64,000 bases of DNA from Owenia fusiformis (Eukaryota): positions 45,942,001 through 46,006,000 of the forward strand of contig CAIIXF020000001.1 of the NCBI GenBank assembly GCA_903813345.2, given 5' to 3'. Both the position numbers and the translations under genes were made by a program. Every line of letters starts with the position of its first letter. The stretch's first letter is position 1. Positions 12,801 through 26,300 of this stretch are shown here, piece after piece. Below the pieces are notes generated by a model that was not told the origin of the DNA, ran no database searches, and saw only the letters and a list, made by a program, of their open reading frames with translations.

Positions 12801-15800
12801 TATGGGTATACAGATTATGGTTCTAGTGAGATGTGAAAAGAATAATGAATGAAATATTGAAAATTGAAGAGTTTTATCTAAGTAATAGAAAATGAACAAA
12901 TATTCTACAATTGCAATAGCAAAAAGGTAAAGAAAATATGCATCATTTTTGATATACATCAAGAAAGATTAAAACATTAAGGCCTACTCATTTATTAATT
13001 TTCATGGCATATGGTTCATATATACACTTTTGTAAACTGAATATAGTTTTTTGGCCTACCCTGTATGTTTATTATATAATGAGGTCTGATTTACTCAACT
13101 TCTCCATGCAGCTCCATTTCAAACAGCTGCCGTAATTTCATTGTCAAATATTTCAAATTGTGAAGGATATACATTACTAGTAAGTACTAAAATTGGGCAT
13201 TTACATCCTTTGACTATTCATTGTAAATTTGGTGCTCCGTATTCGCAGTGGCAATTTTCATACCTGATTCATCATAGAGGGCTCTCTTGTCTTTATCAGA
13301 CAGTATAGAGTAAATTTTGCCAAGTGTTTGGAATTTTTTGGTTGCCTCTTCTTTCTCATCTTCTGGGACTCTATCTGGATGCACACTGAGTGATAGTCTG
13401 TGGTAGCCCCTCTTCACTGGAATACACACAATGGAATAATGTTGTCATAAAATATATATATGTAGGTACATGTATGTAAATTGGCAAAACTGTGATAGTC
13501 TTGGGTTTAAGAATATAAAGACTCACTTGACTGCTTTGAGTTTTCAACAGATACATGTAGCCTTATGATAGGGCTAGAGGAAACATACAAACAAGGCATT
13601 TAAATGCAAAATGTCACCACCTGCCATTTGTTGATGCAAAACACAGACCGCTAAATGCCGATTATGAAACATCATCTCTAAGAGACTATAACAATATGGC
13701 ACCACCAAAAAACTAGCAATATGTGAAAAAGGCTGACCATTTGTGTAACCAGTTACCTTAAATTATCTATATAATTTGAAGTTGAATACATGTCAATCAT
13801 ATTCAATGTATTTTTCAACACCAATTTTGTTCCACTTTAATAGACTAGATGACTTGACTTGATTTACGTCATTAAATATTCAAAATTTAATGTCATATTT
13901 GAAATCTGCATGTAAAAGTACATGTAGAAGTATGGTTTCGAAAATTGTCTATCAACTTTGAAAATTTAATTTTCTTTGAAAATGTGACTTCTCGTTCGGG
14001 TTGATTCCCCATAGACCCCATGTTACAAAATCACAAAAAGTGAATTATCTTTTCTTGTATTGGACAGATAACATTTTCTTTTACTAAACATATTTTAATT
14101 TGGATAACTATTAGATACATAAGGGTTATATGAAAATTGAACCACGCAAATAGATGTAATTTAAGTTAAAGGGCCGGGAACTTTCTACTTTACCCGCCAT
14201 GCTATCTGACCCGAACGAGCCACCTGGTGGTGAATCTGGAAACTACCTACCTGTACTCGACTCGCATCTGCGTTATTACCTTAAAATGGTCTGAATGAAA
14301 AACGAACAAACAAATTGGGCAGAAATGATTTCCAGACTCAATACTGTCCTTAACCTGTAAACCTTAATTTAATTAGCAAATCATGATTGTTTTCAAGTCT
14401 AAACTTGACTGGGGGTGGGGGGGGTGGGAGGTGTTAATTTTTTCGAAACAAATGCGTGATATATGCACATACTTTGTACAAAATGTGTGACATAAACGGC
14501 AATCGCGTGCAAAGACGGAACGGAATGCGTTCGCTTTTTCTCGCCGTTCGGTATATTACCGCCCATTACCGTATTGGCATTTCACAAAAAACGATCTTGA
14601 AAAATATCAACAAAATGCGTGATATTTGATCATACACGCTAAATTGATGCGTGATTTCTATTTTTCCTGCAAATGCGTGACAATCACGCCTAATGCGTGA
14701 GGGTTGACAGGGCAGGGTTAGGCTATAGAGAATTACAAACAGGGGGGTATCTGTTCCCCATGATCTCAGAAACAACAAACCATACTATCACAGATAGTGG
14801 GAAGTCCTCCATATATTACTTATCCGTGCATACTGTATATGAGGGTGTATCAAGCATCATTTGAAAAGTAATTCAATTTCCACTTCCCAGTATTTTGAGC
14901 TTACTTATAAATACTATAATATATTGAGCCATTATTAATGATGAAATTCACATTCTAAGAACCTCCACATCTATCTAAATCCTTAGTACGGTCCTTAATT
15001 TTTAGACACCACACATTTTGGAGGTTAGGCGTCTTGTCCAAGCGCATTTTAAAAAGTGTTTAAATCAGGTGACGTATTTGTACAGTTAAAAATGGGTTAA
15101 AACAAAACAGAAACTTCGTCTGTATGTCTCTGTGATGGGATTCATCTCCATGAAGTGTCTTTTTCTTCTGATGCTTCTGGTGCTTCTGGTGGCTGTCTCT
15201 ATGTAGTGGTAAAAAACTAAATAACTGAGTCTAAGAATTTTTTTTATGCAGTTGATTCTCCAATCATATACTGTAGGTTAATCGGCAGAAAAAGGAAATT
15301 TTCATTTTTAATTGCAAAATTCCTCCATTGAGAGACTATTGGTATATAAAGGGGGTTCCTCTTCCCCTTTTGGGCCATCCCAACCAAGGAGTTTCCTTTC
15401 AATTTTAAAATAAGTTGTAAACCATAGATCTATTCTTTAGATGTTAAGGTTTATATTATATTCTATTCAAATTCTATCACTTTTAAACTACATGTATACA
15501 TCTGCTTAAATGGGCTTATTAGCCATTTACAGATTATTGATGTAGATCTTGAAAAGTGCGGGGATATTTCCGATGTCAAACGAAAATCTCTTCTTTCTGC
15601 CGATAAACCCATATAATTGGTGATTTATTTAACTGCATAAATAGAATCCTAAAATACTCAGGAATGTATCGAGGTAGGTATTTTTAAGTGTGCAATGCGT
15701 AGTACTTTCTCTTACTTCCTGCGAAAGCTATTTGGATTTTGATATAATAGCTTTCCCACGGAGCATTTGGACAGCTCAATGATCGTGACCTTTGAAATCG

Positions 15801-18800
15801 AATTAAGTCGATCCGCGGCTTACTTTTGGTCTCTAACTGTGTCTTACATCAGTATCATCAATCCGTGTAAGTATTGGAGCGCTAGAGTACTTCTTTTTCG
15901 ATCAAGACTTGTAATTGTTAGTCGAGTGAATCGTTTTACTGCCAAATTTCAATATGGCGGTTTCTGCTCGGACATTTTCGTAAATCTCCCGAGGTTGTCC
16001 GAACCTAACTTATTCTCAAAATTCATTTCGTTCGTTGCGTATCTCGCACCTAGCAAACCGCCATATTGGAAATAGGTCTGTAAAACTTTAACTCGATGAA
16101 CAATTTACAAGTCTTGATCGAAAAAGAAGTACTCCAGCGCTCCAATACTTACACGGATTGATGATACTGATGTAAGACACAGTTAGAGACCAAAAGTAAG
16201 CCGCGGATCGACTTAATTCAATTTCAAAGGTCACTATTGATCAGCTGTTCACTTCTCCGTTAGAGAGCCATAAGTTTCAAAATCTAACATGGCTCTCGAA
16301 GTGAGTAAACTTTCTCCAATGTTGTAGAAACACTGCCTGAACAATTGTTGGGTCATACGACCACATCCTCCGATCACAGAGCTTCAAAATCCATAATATC
16401 TTCTTTCTTTTTACACCCTGCTATAAGCAGTTAGCATTTCCCCGATAAAGAACTCGCAATCTGATTGGCTGTCGCAACACTGCGACACAAATCATATATA
16501 AGTCATTGCGCATAACTAGATCATGTGATTCAGTTTAATTGGGCGCTTCGATTCTGGATACCTGCTTAGGAGGATGTACGACCACAACGTAAGTGGGTCC
16601 ATTCCTTTATGTAACCTAAGTGTTGTAACCCGATGGAAAAATGTCAATAGATATGTTCATACATACATACAAACATACTTCTTATCAACTAATTCAAGCA
16701 CTGCGTGAAATATGGGATTCCAACTCTTGACACGTCTAGAAACTGGTCTTTACACGCCGGGTTTCTAGACGTGCCAATTATTTACACCTCTTGACACGCG
16801 ATGAATTCAACTCTTTACACCTCTTTGCACTTCTTGGCACATGCAGTGCAAAGACGTGTAAAGACCATGTCAAAAAGTCTTTACACGCCCTGTGACAATT
16901 AATGGAATCTCTTGACACGCTCTTGGCACACTGAACAACATAATTATGTGTAAATAAACAACTAACCTAATTACCAATAGCAATACATACAGTATTTTAA
17001 CGATTGCAAGTATTTTCTCTGATACTTTTAATTAATATATTTTTTTATCATTCATTCGCAGACTGTTTGGAACAAGTACATGTAGCAAATATTAAACAGA
17101 CTATTTTGTATGTACGCTGACACATTGACTTATTTAAACATTTTGGCAATTTCATGCCGCCTTTTGAAAATATAAATCAGTTACAGGCAATGCTAATCGA
17201 CGCATTGATCCTAAGTGAAGGAAATACATATCATGATAAGAAAAAGAAAGGCGTTTCAAGGATAAAACGTGCAATAAACTTTGAAAACACTGATACATCA
17301 GGCCTATTTATATATTTATTTTGTATTAGCTTAATATAAAGATAACCTTACTTTTCGATGAGTATTTGGATTTCGGAGTAATTTGTTTCAAGTTAAGTCA
17401 ATACAAATTATCGCCGACTTAACTTGTGACCATACATATGATAAATGAGGGGCATTTTAATTCACAATTGGGCAAAACAAGCATATTCAATCGAATGTAC
17501 CATTCTCTCTGCTGTTCTTTCCCAGCCTATCCATAAACAGACAGGTACAAAGTTCCCATAGTTTTCGCAACATCTAATTCTATGATCAATTGCTAGACAC
17601 AGCAAATATACTAATTAATTGTCTGATTGTGATTCGGGAACGTAGGGTTTTTACATAAACAGGATACTTGGCTGTACATAGCCTGAGAACACCGGATTGA
17701 CCCCCCCCCCCATCGACGCCTAGGCGCTGCTTATGTTTTAATAAGAAACATTCCCTTGTAAAGAATTATCGGGATATGAATTGATACAAGGTCAAGTATT
17801 CTGCCCCTTTTGTGTGATAAAAATATGTATTTAATTGGTGCTTTAACTTTTTAAACAAAGAAATGAAATAATCGCACTGAATGTCTCAACATGAATCAGT
17901 GATGTTTAATTAATAAATGACACTATTATGTCAGTCTACGCACTTCATGGACATGGACGGGGGGGGGGGGGGTGAGTTACCCATTCTAAAATGGTTAAAT
18001 TTTGTATTAAAGAGTAATCAATAGGTCGTGAACTCCGATTGATAACCAACTGTAGCATACTACTTAATTTGTTTGACTATTGATATTAAAAAGGAGTGAA
18101 TTTATGATATTCATAGAGGTACATTGTATTGGTATTAATATAATAATGATATTGGGGACCATAAACCACTTTGTTTCGCAAGTAGCTTTAGGATCGCGGT
18201 TTTATCTTCACATGTTGCCCTTTGTGCAATTCGAAAATGAAATATTTTAATCTATAATTTATATATCATTTGCAAAATAAATGTAATTAAGAGACATGGG
18301 GGAGGGGGGGGGGGTTAACGGCCAGAATTTGGAATGAATTTGGGAATTTCAAGGATTGATTCACTTAATGTTGTTCACTGGAGTCAATACACACACCTGC
18401 ATAACAATCGGAGACAAAACTGACTTAATCTGATATGATAACAAAAGATTAATAACTTAGTCTATGTTTTTGTTTTTATAATTGCGGAAGTGTACCAAAA
18501 CCACCTTGATTACAGAAGATATCGTCTAGGCTTTAGATTTAATGAATAGATTTTTTGCCCTAGTCTCATTTAATAAAACAGGCTATTTGCGTATTTAATT
18601 AATATTTGTGACAAAATATTTCAGTTAGACTCAAAATCAAAACGAATTTCTCCATTATAGCCCCCCTTGCAACTGTCCCGAGTCTGCATCTGTTTTTCAT
18701 GCTTCCGATCCACCTTTGGGATAGAGAGAATAGATGTAGATTTGTAATTTGGGGGGGGGGGGGGTGGCATTAAATGTGTTCTCATACAAACTAAAATAAA

Positions 18801-21800
18801 CCCCAAAAAGCCATATCAAATGTCCAAACACAAGACCAATGCCATGTCAAACATCCAAATATAGAACCAATGCCATACCCCCGGGTACCAAATATCCAGA
18901 ATATAAGACCAAGGCCATTCGAAATATCGAATGCCCCGAGAAGAAGGCAGATCTTTGAGTAAAATGATCATAAACAACCTCAAATGAAGGATATGTGTAA
19001 CAACTAGACCAATGCCCCGGGACCAATGCCGTACCACAATTGAGGGGTAACATATTTTCCACACCGATTCTTATACCAGAAAATGGAAAAATCTGTCTTA
19101 AAATGTGGGTCCATTGGCTTGACATACCAAATGTAAAAAAGGTACCCCACCTGAGCCGAGTGTGAACCCCCGGGGTGAATGGTGAACACACGGGGCAAGG
19201 AATTCTTCGATTTTGATTCAAGTATTTTTTTTTATAAAATTCATACTCATGTTAATAGCGGACGCCTTGGCCAAATAATCTTTCAAATCATGCACTTTCC
19301 AAGTGATTTTGTAGCAAAATTGTGATAATATATGAACCCCTTGGAATTATTCAAAGACGGACCCCCGCCAGCCCATCCCCCATTCTTACCTATGCTAAAC
19401 ACTAAGATAAACATATAGAATGGTATCTTACACTTTTTTCTAAATGTTGATATCCAAAAAACATATCTTTTTGGTTTATCAACACATACCGCTCACAATA
19501 TAACAAGTATACAGATTGTAACATAGATAAGCGAATTGGGGAAAATTACAATCCCTTTGATCAAATTATTATAAGATTTAATCTCCAGCTGAGGTGCAAT
19601 CAAAATGTTGATACACATAATTAGCAGTCAGAAAGATGCTCTTACCACTGTAGTTTTCAATATTCCCTTTGTTGTAACATCTTATTTCAAAAGAATGGAT
19701 ATTGATGGTTGTATGGAAGTATTCATATCAAACATTCACATTATAGTTTACAGTGGAATTCCCTCAATAAATGCAACCAATATACTACAATTACAATTTA
19801 AGATTTCATATTGGACTTTCCGCATAATGATAAAATGTTGACGATATAGTTTTCGATAAAACCCCAGGGCCGTAGCCAGCTTTCAGTCGGGGGGAGGGGT
19901 GATGCAATCACCAAAATATTTTAGGTTTTCAGTCGGGGGGTGCGATCGTGACATAAATGAGGCAAAAAATATTTGTTTTGAATTTTTACGAAAATGATGC
20001 AACTTCCTTCAAACCTGAGCTAGAAGCTTCAAACAAAAAATCAATTTAATGCTCTTTTCTTTCTCTACCTTATGGTACCTTTTATTGCTTGTAGGAGGGG
20101 GTGCGAACCCACCGCTTCTCCTCGTTACGCTTACCCAATAACGTATTCCCAAGGAATCGACTTTATTAATTTATATGTGAAAAATGAGCTTGCATGTACA
20201 AATTGCATCGTATGCAAACCTTCCCCTGACCGACCCGGTCATGTTTATGTCTTTTGAATGATGTCTACCCCTTGATGCATGCATCCTTTAATAAGTGGTG
20301 TTAAGAATATTGGTGTAGGCCCTGGTGAAGGGATATGTCATAAAGATTTCACGTTATCGCGATATACATGTAGCCGCGTCCCCTTTGTCTTTATCCTTCC
20401 AAACGCAAAGGGCGGATAAGAGGGGTTCTTAGTGATTGATCTGATGCTTAATAAGCCACTTACAAGATACAGTTTTAAATATTGATATTGTGTTAACACA
20501 TAGGCGTAACCAGGGGGGGGGCGCGATTCGTGAATGATCGCATCCCCCCCCCCACCTGCTTAATCCAATAGAGAAGGAAGAAGAAAGGAGCTTTGAATGG
20601 CTTTCATTTTAAACTTCTAGTTCAATTTTGAAGGAATTTGCAATGTCTGGTTCACAATTTGCTCAAATTCATCGTCCGGCCGATTGAGTATTTTGTTTAA
20701 AATTGTTTTCATGTTTGAAAAAACACTCAATCGGCCGGTCCCCGGCCGATGAATCGGAGCAAATATGACCCAGGCATATGAGGGGCAACATTTTAGATAT
20801 AGTATTGTTTGAAATCCTGGGAAAATGCACTCCCCCAATTTTGCAAATCTGGTCTGCGGTGCTAATGAACCCTCTAATTTGTTTTCGTTTACATGAGCAA
20901 CTAACAGATATGTTTATTCTCATTCTGTCTCAGCTTGATTTTAATTAAATTTTACCCCTACCCTTCGAACGTCTTTGTCTCCCTCATTTTTGCAACCCTA
21001 CATTCAGTTTCTTTTTAAACCAAATCAAGAAATATCCGTCCACATATCAGATATTAAACCAATAGTTGTTCATTATAAGAACAACCATATATTATATTTA
21101 TAGATCACAAGCTATTTTTAATTTCAGCTATAAAATTAGCCCTCTCTCCCCTCCTCTATCTCTAGATACGCAGAGTTTCTAGACCGGCTAAGTACGTCTA
21201 AAAATTACTAGAAATTCCACAATTTATACAGTGATATGGATTTCATGTTTCTATTGAATCCCTTATTTTGAAGTCTAGCTAAATAATCGAGTTTGATTTT
21301 AAACGTTTTCGGGGATCCGGGCAGAACTCAGGATATAGTACTTGAGTACATTTGCATTCAAAATAATTCAAAATTCAAAATTGCAAATATCATGGAAGTT
21401 GATTGCAATTATGTTCGATGATCGTCAACATGAAAGAACAATATGTCTGAATAATTAGCTATTAAACATCTTTATCAAAACTTTCCTACACTTTTAAATG
21501 TTGATCTTGTCAAAGAGTACTCTCCATCTGAGATTCAGATGTAGATCGAAAATCAAATTGATTTCAAAGGTATTTATAGATGGTTTACATGAGGGGTTCT
21601 GTCCATGTGGGTGGTGTATTCCTTTCATAACAAAGAGTTGTTTTGCTTCCGGGGTCCTAAATTATTCAATTTTAAATAGTAACTAATAAGATTAAACAGA
21701 TCAAAAGGACTCGGGGCACTGCCGTCGCCCCATCATGATCAATACAGGTGACAATAAGCGACACATGTTTCAGCGTCATGATAGTAAACCATGACATCTC

Positions 21801-23093
21801 AAATCTTCCCAGCCCTTGATTTTTGAGATCTTTCATCCCAGCTCATATTTCATCTAATTGGGGTCATAAAACGTGTGTAACTGTGCCTGTTGCATCCTCG
21901 CTGGAAGGGTATTTTACAAGTATAAATGAAGTCCTTTGAAGAAGGATGTGCCTGTTGTTAAATACATGTACAATGCCTTACTACATTATGTAATGTATTG
22001 ACATTAAAGTAGATGATTACATGATAACAATCACACTTATTGACATTCATAACTCTTCCAATCTAATATGCTCAGATCACAGAATATGCCTCATTATATC
22101 AGAGCATGTTTCAGGCGTTTCAGACCCATAGCCAGGATTTGCCAAGGGGTGGGTTACTTTTTTAAGAAATTCCAGGGGGAGTTTACTTTTGGCAATGTTA
22201 GTTCAAAAATGAGCAAAATAATTTAAAAGGTGCTCAGTATGGGGTAAAAATGCAATTTTGGTCACGAAGGGGGGGGGGGGGGTCGCTAGAACCAATCTAT
22301 CCCCCTGTATTCGGGCCTCCATGTGCTATCTACATATTTGACAATTTGATTGACACGGTTCAAAGTGGACTTTGTTAATTATTCAAACTGTTTTAATATC
22401 TAGGAATATGCGTCCAAGTTAAAATCACTCGAAATCAGGGTAGATAAACCTAAGAAAAACATATTTCTTGTTTTCATTTGATCTTTAACATGATCCTGTA
22501 AAAATGTCAGATTTAGCAAAATACATAGGCGATCTCCATCTGCACACATCTACTCATTTCGACTAAGCTATTGCCTATACTTACACGCACACGCATACTT
22601 TTTAATTAATTTTATTTTGATAATGATTTAAAAAACACAAGTTATTATTAACACGAAATTAAAATGATTGTTATATTCCAATCCTAGTAAAGTATAATTA
22701 AGCGCGACTATAGGGCATAACAACATGTGGCCGGTCTAATTATACTGTTTGTTTTGATAAGGCTGTGCAAAGAGATATCAAAACTCTTGACACGCTCTTT
22801 ACACGCGAGGTCTTTGCACCTCTTGACACGTCTTGGAATCTCTAGATACGCGGAGTTCCTAGACTATCTTTGCACGTCTAGAAATTGCTTGGAATTTCAC
22901 ATTTGACGCAGTGAAGTAGATTTAGTTCTACACTGTATTTGGCAAAAATGATGGCAAAAATGAACAACAAAAAGATAATAATGGAAAAGAACCGTGTACC
23001 TTCTTGAGGAGTCGATTCTTTCCTTATTTTCAGCACCAAATACAAGTTTCTCGTTCCGAACTGAGCCTCACAACTGTCCAGTAATCCAGTCAT
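9847..23093 (-). CDS. DNAJC9: DnaJ homolog subfamily C member 9 (J-domain histone H3-H4 co-chaperone), 5 coding exons, ~256 aa
   Basis: Exons on the minus strand: 23093-23000 ([31 protein letters not shown]), 13416-13264 ([17 protein letters not shown]...[28 protein letters not shown]-domain HPD), 10873-10757 ([13 protein letters not shown]...YKG), 10560-10349 ([29 protein letters not shown]...) and 10041-9847 (...[24 protein letters not shown]). All junctions are GT-AG and phase-compatible. Intron 1 is ~9.6 kb. Confidence 0.95.
11486..12033. mobile_element. Small element bounded by TCGAGGTCTCC/GGAGACCTCGA with a terminal stem-loop
   Basis: TCGAGGTCTCC at ~11488 and ~11968, GGAGACCTCGA at ~12024. 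Internal duplicated ATT(T/G)TTT(G/A)TTTAGTTGTTG...TGACGTCACA. Confidence 0.5.
13590..13712 (-). mobile_element. Helentron/HINE-like short element copy
   Basis: ACAAGGCATTTAAATGCAAAATGTCACC...GAGACTATAACAATATGGCACCACC is the reverse complement of the family seen at 32060 and 34058. Confidence 0.6.
15700..16310. mobile_element. Foldback element with near-perfect ~135-bp inner inverted arms
   Basis: 15785-15919 and 16099-16234 differ at ~3 positions. The outer and innermost arms are more degenerate. Confidence 0.85.
16699..22913. mobile_element. CACTA/EnSpm (CMC)-type non-autonomous DNA transposon, ~6.2 kb
   Basis: Left end AAG|CACTGCGTGAAATATGGGATTCCAA, right end TTGGAATTTCACATTTGACGCAGTG|AAG: 3-bp TSD AAG and ~25-bp TIRs. 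Subterminal repeats (CTCTTGACACG/TCTTTACACG/TCTAGA) at 16720-16930 and 22760-22890. Confidence 0.85.
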
Positions 23094-23310
23094 CTTCAAT
23101 GTACGATAAATATAACATATAAGAGGGTACAGACGTTTCTCAGCTGAGTTTACGTATTTGAATTTCTAATGTCAAAAAATGGCGGGTGTTTTGTACGACG
23201 GTCACATGACTGTCACATGATAGTTACAAACTTCCGGTTTGAAACATGCTTTTAAATTTTTATTTTTATTTCATTGATTTCTCTCGTAATGCTGACAAAA
23301 TATTGTAAAT
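23094..23310. promoter_or_regulatory. Bidirectional promoter shared by DNAJC9 and NOL10
   Basis: Only 217 bp separate the divergent ATGs. Contains YY1-type AAAATGGCGG (~23176-23185), two tandem E-boxes GTCACATGAC/TGTCACATGA (23201-23220) and ETS-type ACTTCCGG (23230-23237). Confidence 0.75.
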
Positions 23311-26300
23311 ATGCAAGTTTCAAGTCCTAATAATATTAAGATCTACAATCTTAGTGCTGGGAAAACATTACCAGAGGTATGTATCTGTTACAATTTACTC
23401 ATATTATTTTTTTCTAAAAAATGTGGGCGATAATTGAGTCAAAGATATTTTAGTGTTTATCTTTAACTTCTGAAAACACCAAACATAGTTCTGATACATT
23501 ATTATGATTGTAGATAATTCTAACACGATATACATGTATAGATCTATCTTTTTTCTACTTCAATCAAAAGTTTTTTCTGATTTTTCTAATTTTTTGTCCC
23601 TACCCCCCTAAAGCTAGCACAAAGACCATGAAGTGAAAATACTTTTTGAAAATTTCAATGAGTCCAGACAGACATAGTAAAATTCAGTCCAAACACAACA
23701 TGACTGATTTAGATTTCAACATCTCTTGTGTTACACTCGTCAGTATCAACCTTCTCATCAAAGATGGTGGATGGTAAGTGTCAATTTCGATACTTTTAGT
23801 TTTCATCGAATACGAGTATGTTATAGTTGACGTTATGCTTTAATATATGAACTATATCAGGCAGATATGACATAACTCTGGAGTATGATAATTTGTTCAT
23901 ATACCATTCGTAGACACCACAGTTCAATGATATCTTCCACCGCTTATGGAAGGTAATAGTTCAAGGTCGTTAAACTCAATAACGGCGTTCTTTATTTTTA
24001 GGAATTTTCTTGGGGCCATTATTGAGTTTAACCTCCTTACTATTCTTTCCTTTGATGCAAGTTCTGAATCCATCGAAAACATTTTTCCGCGATAACGTGC
24101 AACTGATACTTGACAATAATATAAAAACACATAACATCAAGCAATATTATTGTGTTAAATGTTCATTTATACGAGTAAAATGAGGCTACACTTACCAATC
24201 TCTAAAGTGTCATTTCCGCATGTCCGTCATTGTGTCTGTTCGTCTGAGTGTCCCGGATCGTAAAATTAAACTACCAGTGAAACGAAATTGTTGTCAAATA
24301 GATTGATAATTATTATCGCGATTACTCAGGATAAAAAGATCAATTTTGAGGATAACAGGTATCTTTGATTAATTTATATAGCGCGTATATACACGCAAAA
24401 TAGTTATTAATTGCAAACCAACTGTTCGTTAATGCAGTGCCGTGATGACGGTTAATTCCTGAAACGATTTGCAATTTCGATGTTACCGAAACTGACCGAC
24501 ATTTTCGTCATATTCCAAACCTGTCTCCAATATTTTCGTAATTATGCATCAATAGGGTCTAAGGGGGATACGGGACGGGGTGTATGTGTTTATAAGGTAT
24601 GTATGCATGCTTGAATCACATTCTTTGTGTAATATTGCCATGTTTTCAGGGTTCAATTAGTTCCGCTTGTCGAAACCTGCTGAACGATTAAATTAACGCA
24701 TCAAAGGCAAAATGGTCATGGAGGTTAGACCTAGCCGAGCCATAACACATGTCAGATAAGAAACGAGGCCCGGGCTAGGTCTAATGTTGTTGGGCTAGGA
24801 AGGTAACTGAGATTTTGGTTTTACAGGTGATAAGATAACTGATAAGTGGTGATGCGGTAGCATTATTAGAGTTTATAATGGAGAGCATACATGTCCATTT
24901 ACCACGTATTGAAAACTAACATGATCGTAGTTTAATTTGATGAAAACTAAAAATATCGAAATTGACAATTGCCGTCCGCCATCTAAGATGCGAAAGTTAC
25001 GGCCACTAGCTTCACTTGATACTGACCAGTATGTTAGTCACATGACATGTGTTGTGCTGTGGTTACTAAATGATCATGTGACTTAATTACGTATTGCGCC
25101 ACTCAACCAAGAAAGTTATTAATTTATTAGAAAATATTTGGGGACATGTGCAACTGAATACACAAGAGGACATTCCCAGATAGTAATGTCAAACATTGTG
25201 GAAAGAGCACCCCAAATCCTGAAAATGTATAATATTTATCTTTTCATTTATGCAATCTGTTTATTGATATAATGATTCAAAAGGACCTGAAAGGACAAGT
25301 CTCAGTTTGATGAACAGTCTCCTGGGCTATAATTTTTTTATGAAAATATAGAAATATCACCCAAATTAAATTATGAATATTATTCAAGCACTGGCGGATC
25401 TGGGGGGGGGAGCAGGGTAGGCCCAGAAAAAAAATCGGGCTCAAAAAAAATTTTGGGCAAAAAAAGGTCTTAAAGTCCCAAACTGTGGGCCTTTTTTGGC
25501 CAAAAAGTGGGCCTTTTTGGTTATTACTGGGCCTTGTAAGGCCTTATTTGTTAATTCCAGGCCAAATTTTGAAGAAAATGGGCCTCAAAATTTGGGCCCA
25601 CTTTTCAGTTTTAGGGGCCCGAAATCTTTTTCCACGCTTGACGCAAGCGCGGATTTTTGTTTTTCTTACCTGAGATTTGGACCCCCTTGTTGGTTCCCAG
25701 ATCCGCCCCTGTCAAGAGAGGACATTTAAATCTACAAAATTGTCCGAAGCAGGCGTAATGTGCAGTAGAGCGATTCAATAAAATACAAGTCTTGATTTGG
25801 AGAAAGAAGTTCATCGGTGTACTGTGCTAATAATTTTTTTTAATTTTTTTAAAATTGAAAAATCACAACTTTAGCATATTTGTGCAATTCTGGAAATCAA
25901 CAAAGAGTAAATTTTTTTTGATTTTGCTTTTTCACCTGAGAGTTTGGACTGATTTTACTATGTAACCTAGGGTGTAAATTGTTAATGTGTTAAAACAAAA
26001 CAAAATGTTGAGATTTACAAATTTCCGATGTATTCATACATCTTCAACAGGTTTGGATGTACATCGTAAATCTCAATAATTAACCTAGGGTGTTATAGGA
26101 TATTACATACTAATAACTATTACATTGAAATAACCCTTTGCTTGAAGTAGCCCCAACAAAAATGGATTACATGTTACTAACACTGAACTTTTTCTTTCAG
26201 TGGCTGTCAGATAGGAAGAAAAGGCAGCTACAAAGAGAAGATGATGGTAAAAATTAATGAAAATACTTTTTTGATCAATAGGTTTATAACACAATAAATT

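Noticed and set aside
21590..21955. Possible captured gene fragment on the minus strand ([12 protein letters not shown]...[10 protein letters not shown], vaguely BRCT-like) in the CACTA element
   Set aside because: Frames are broken by stops and the similarity is too weak to judge by eye. It needs BLASTX.
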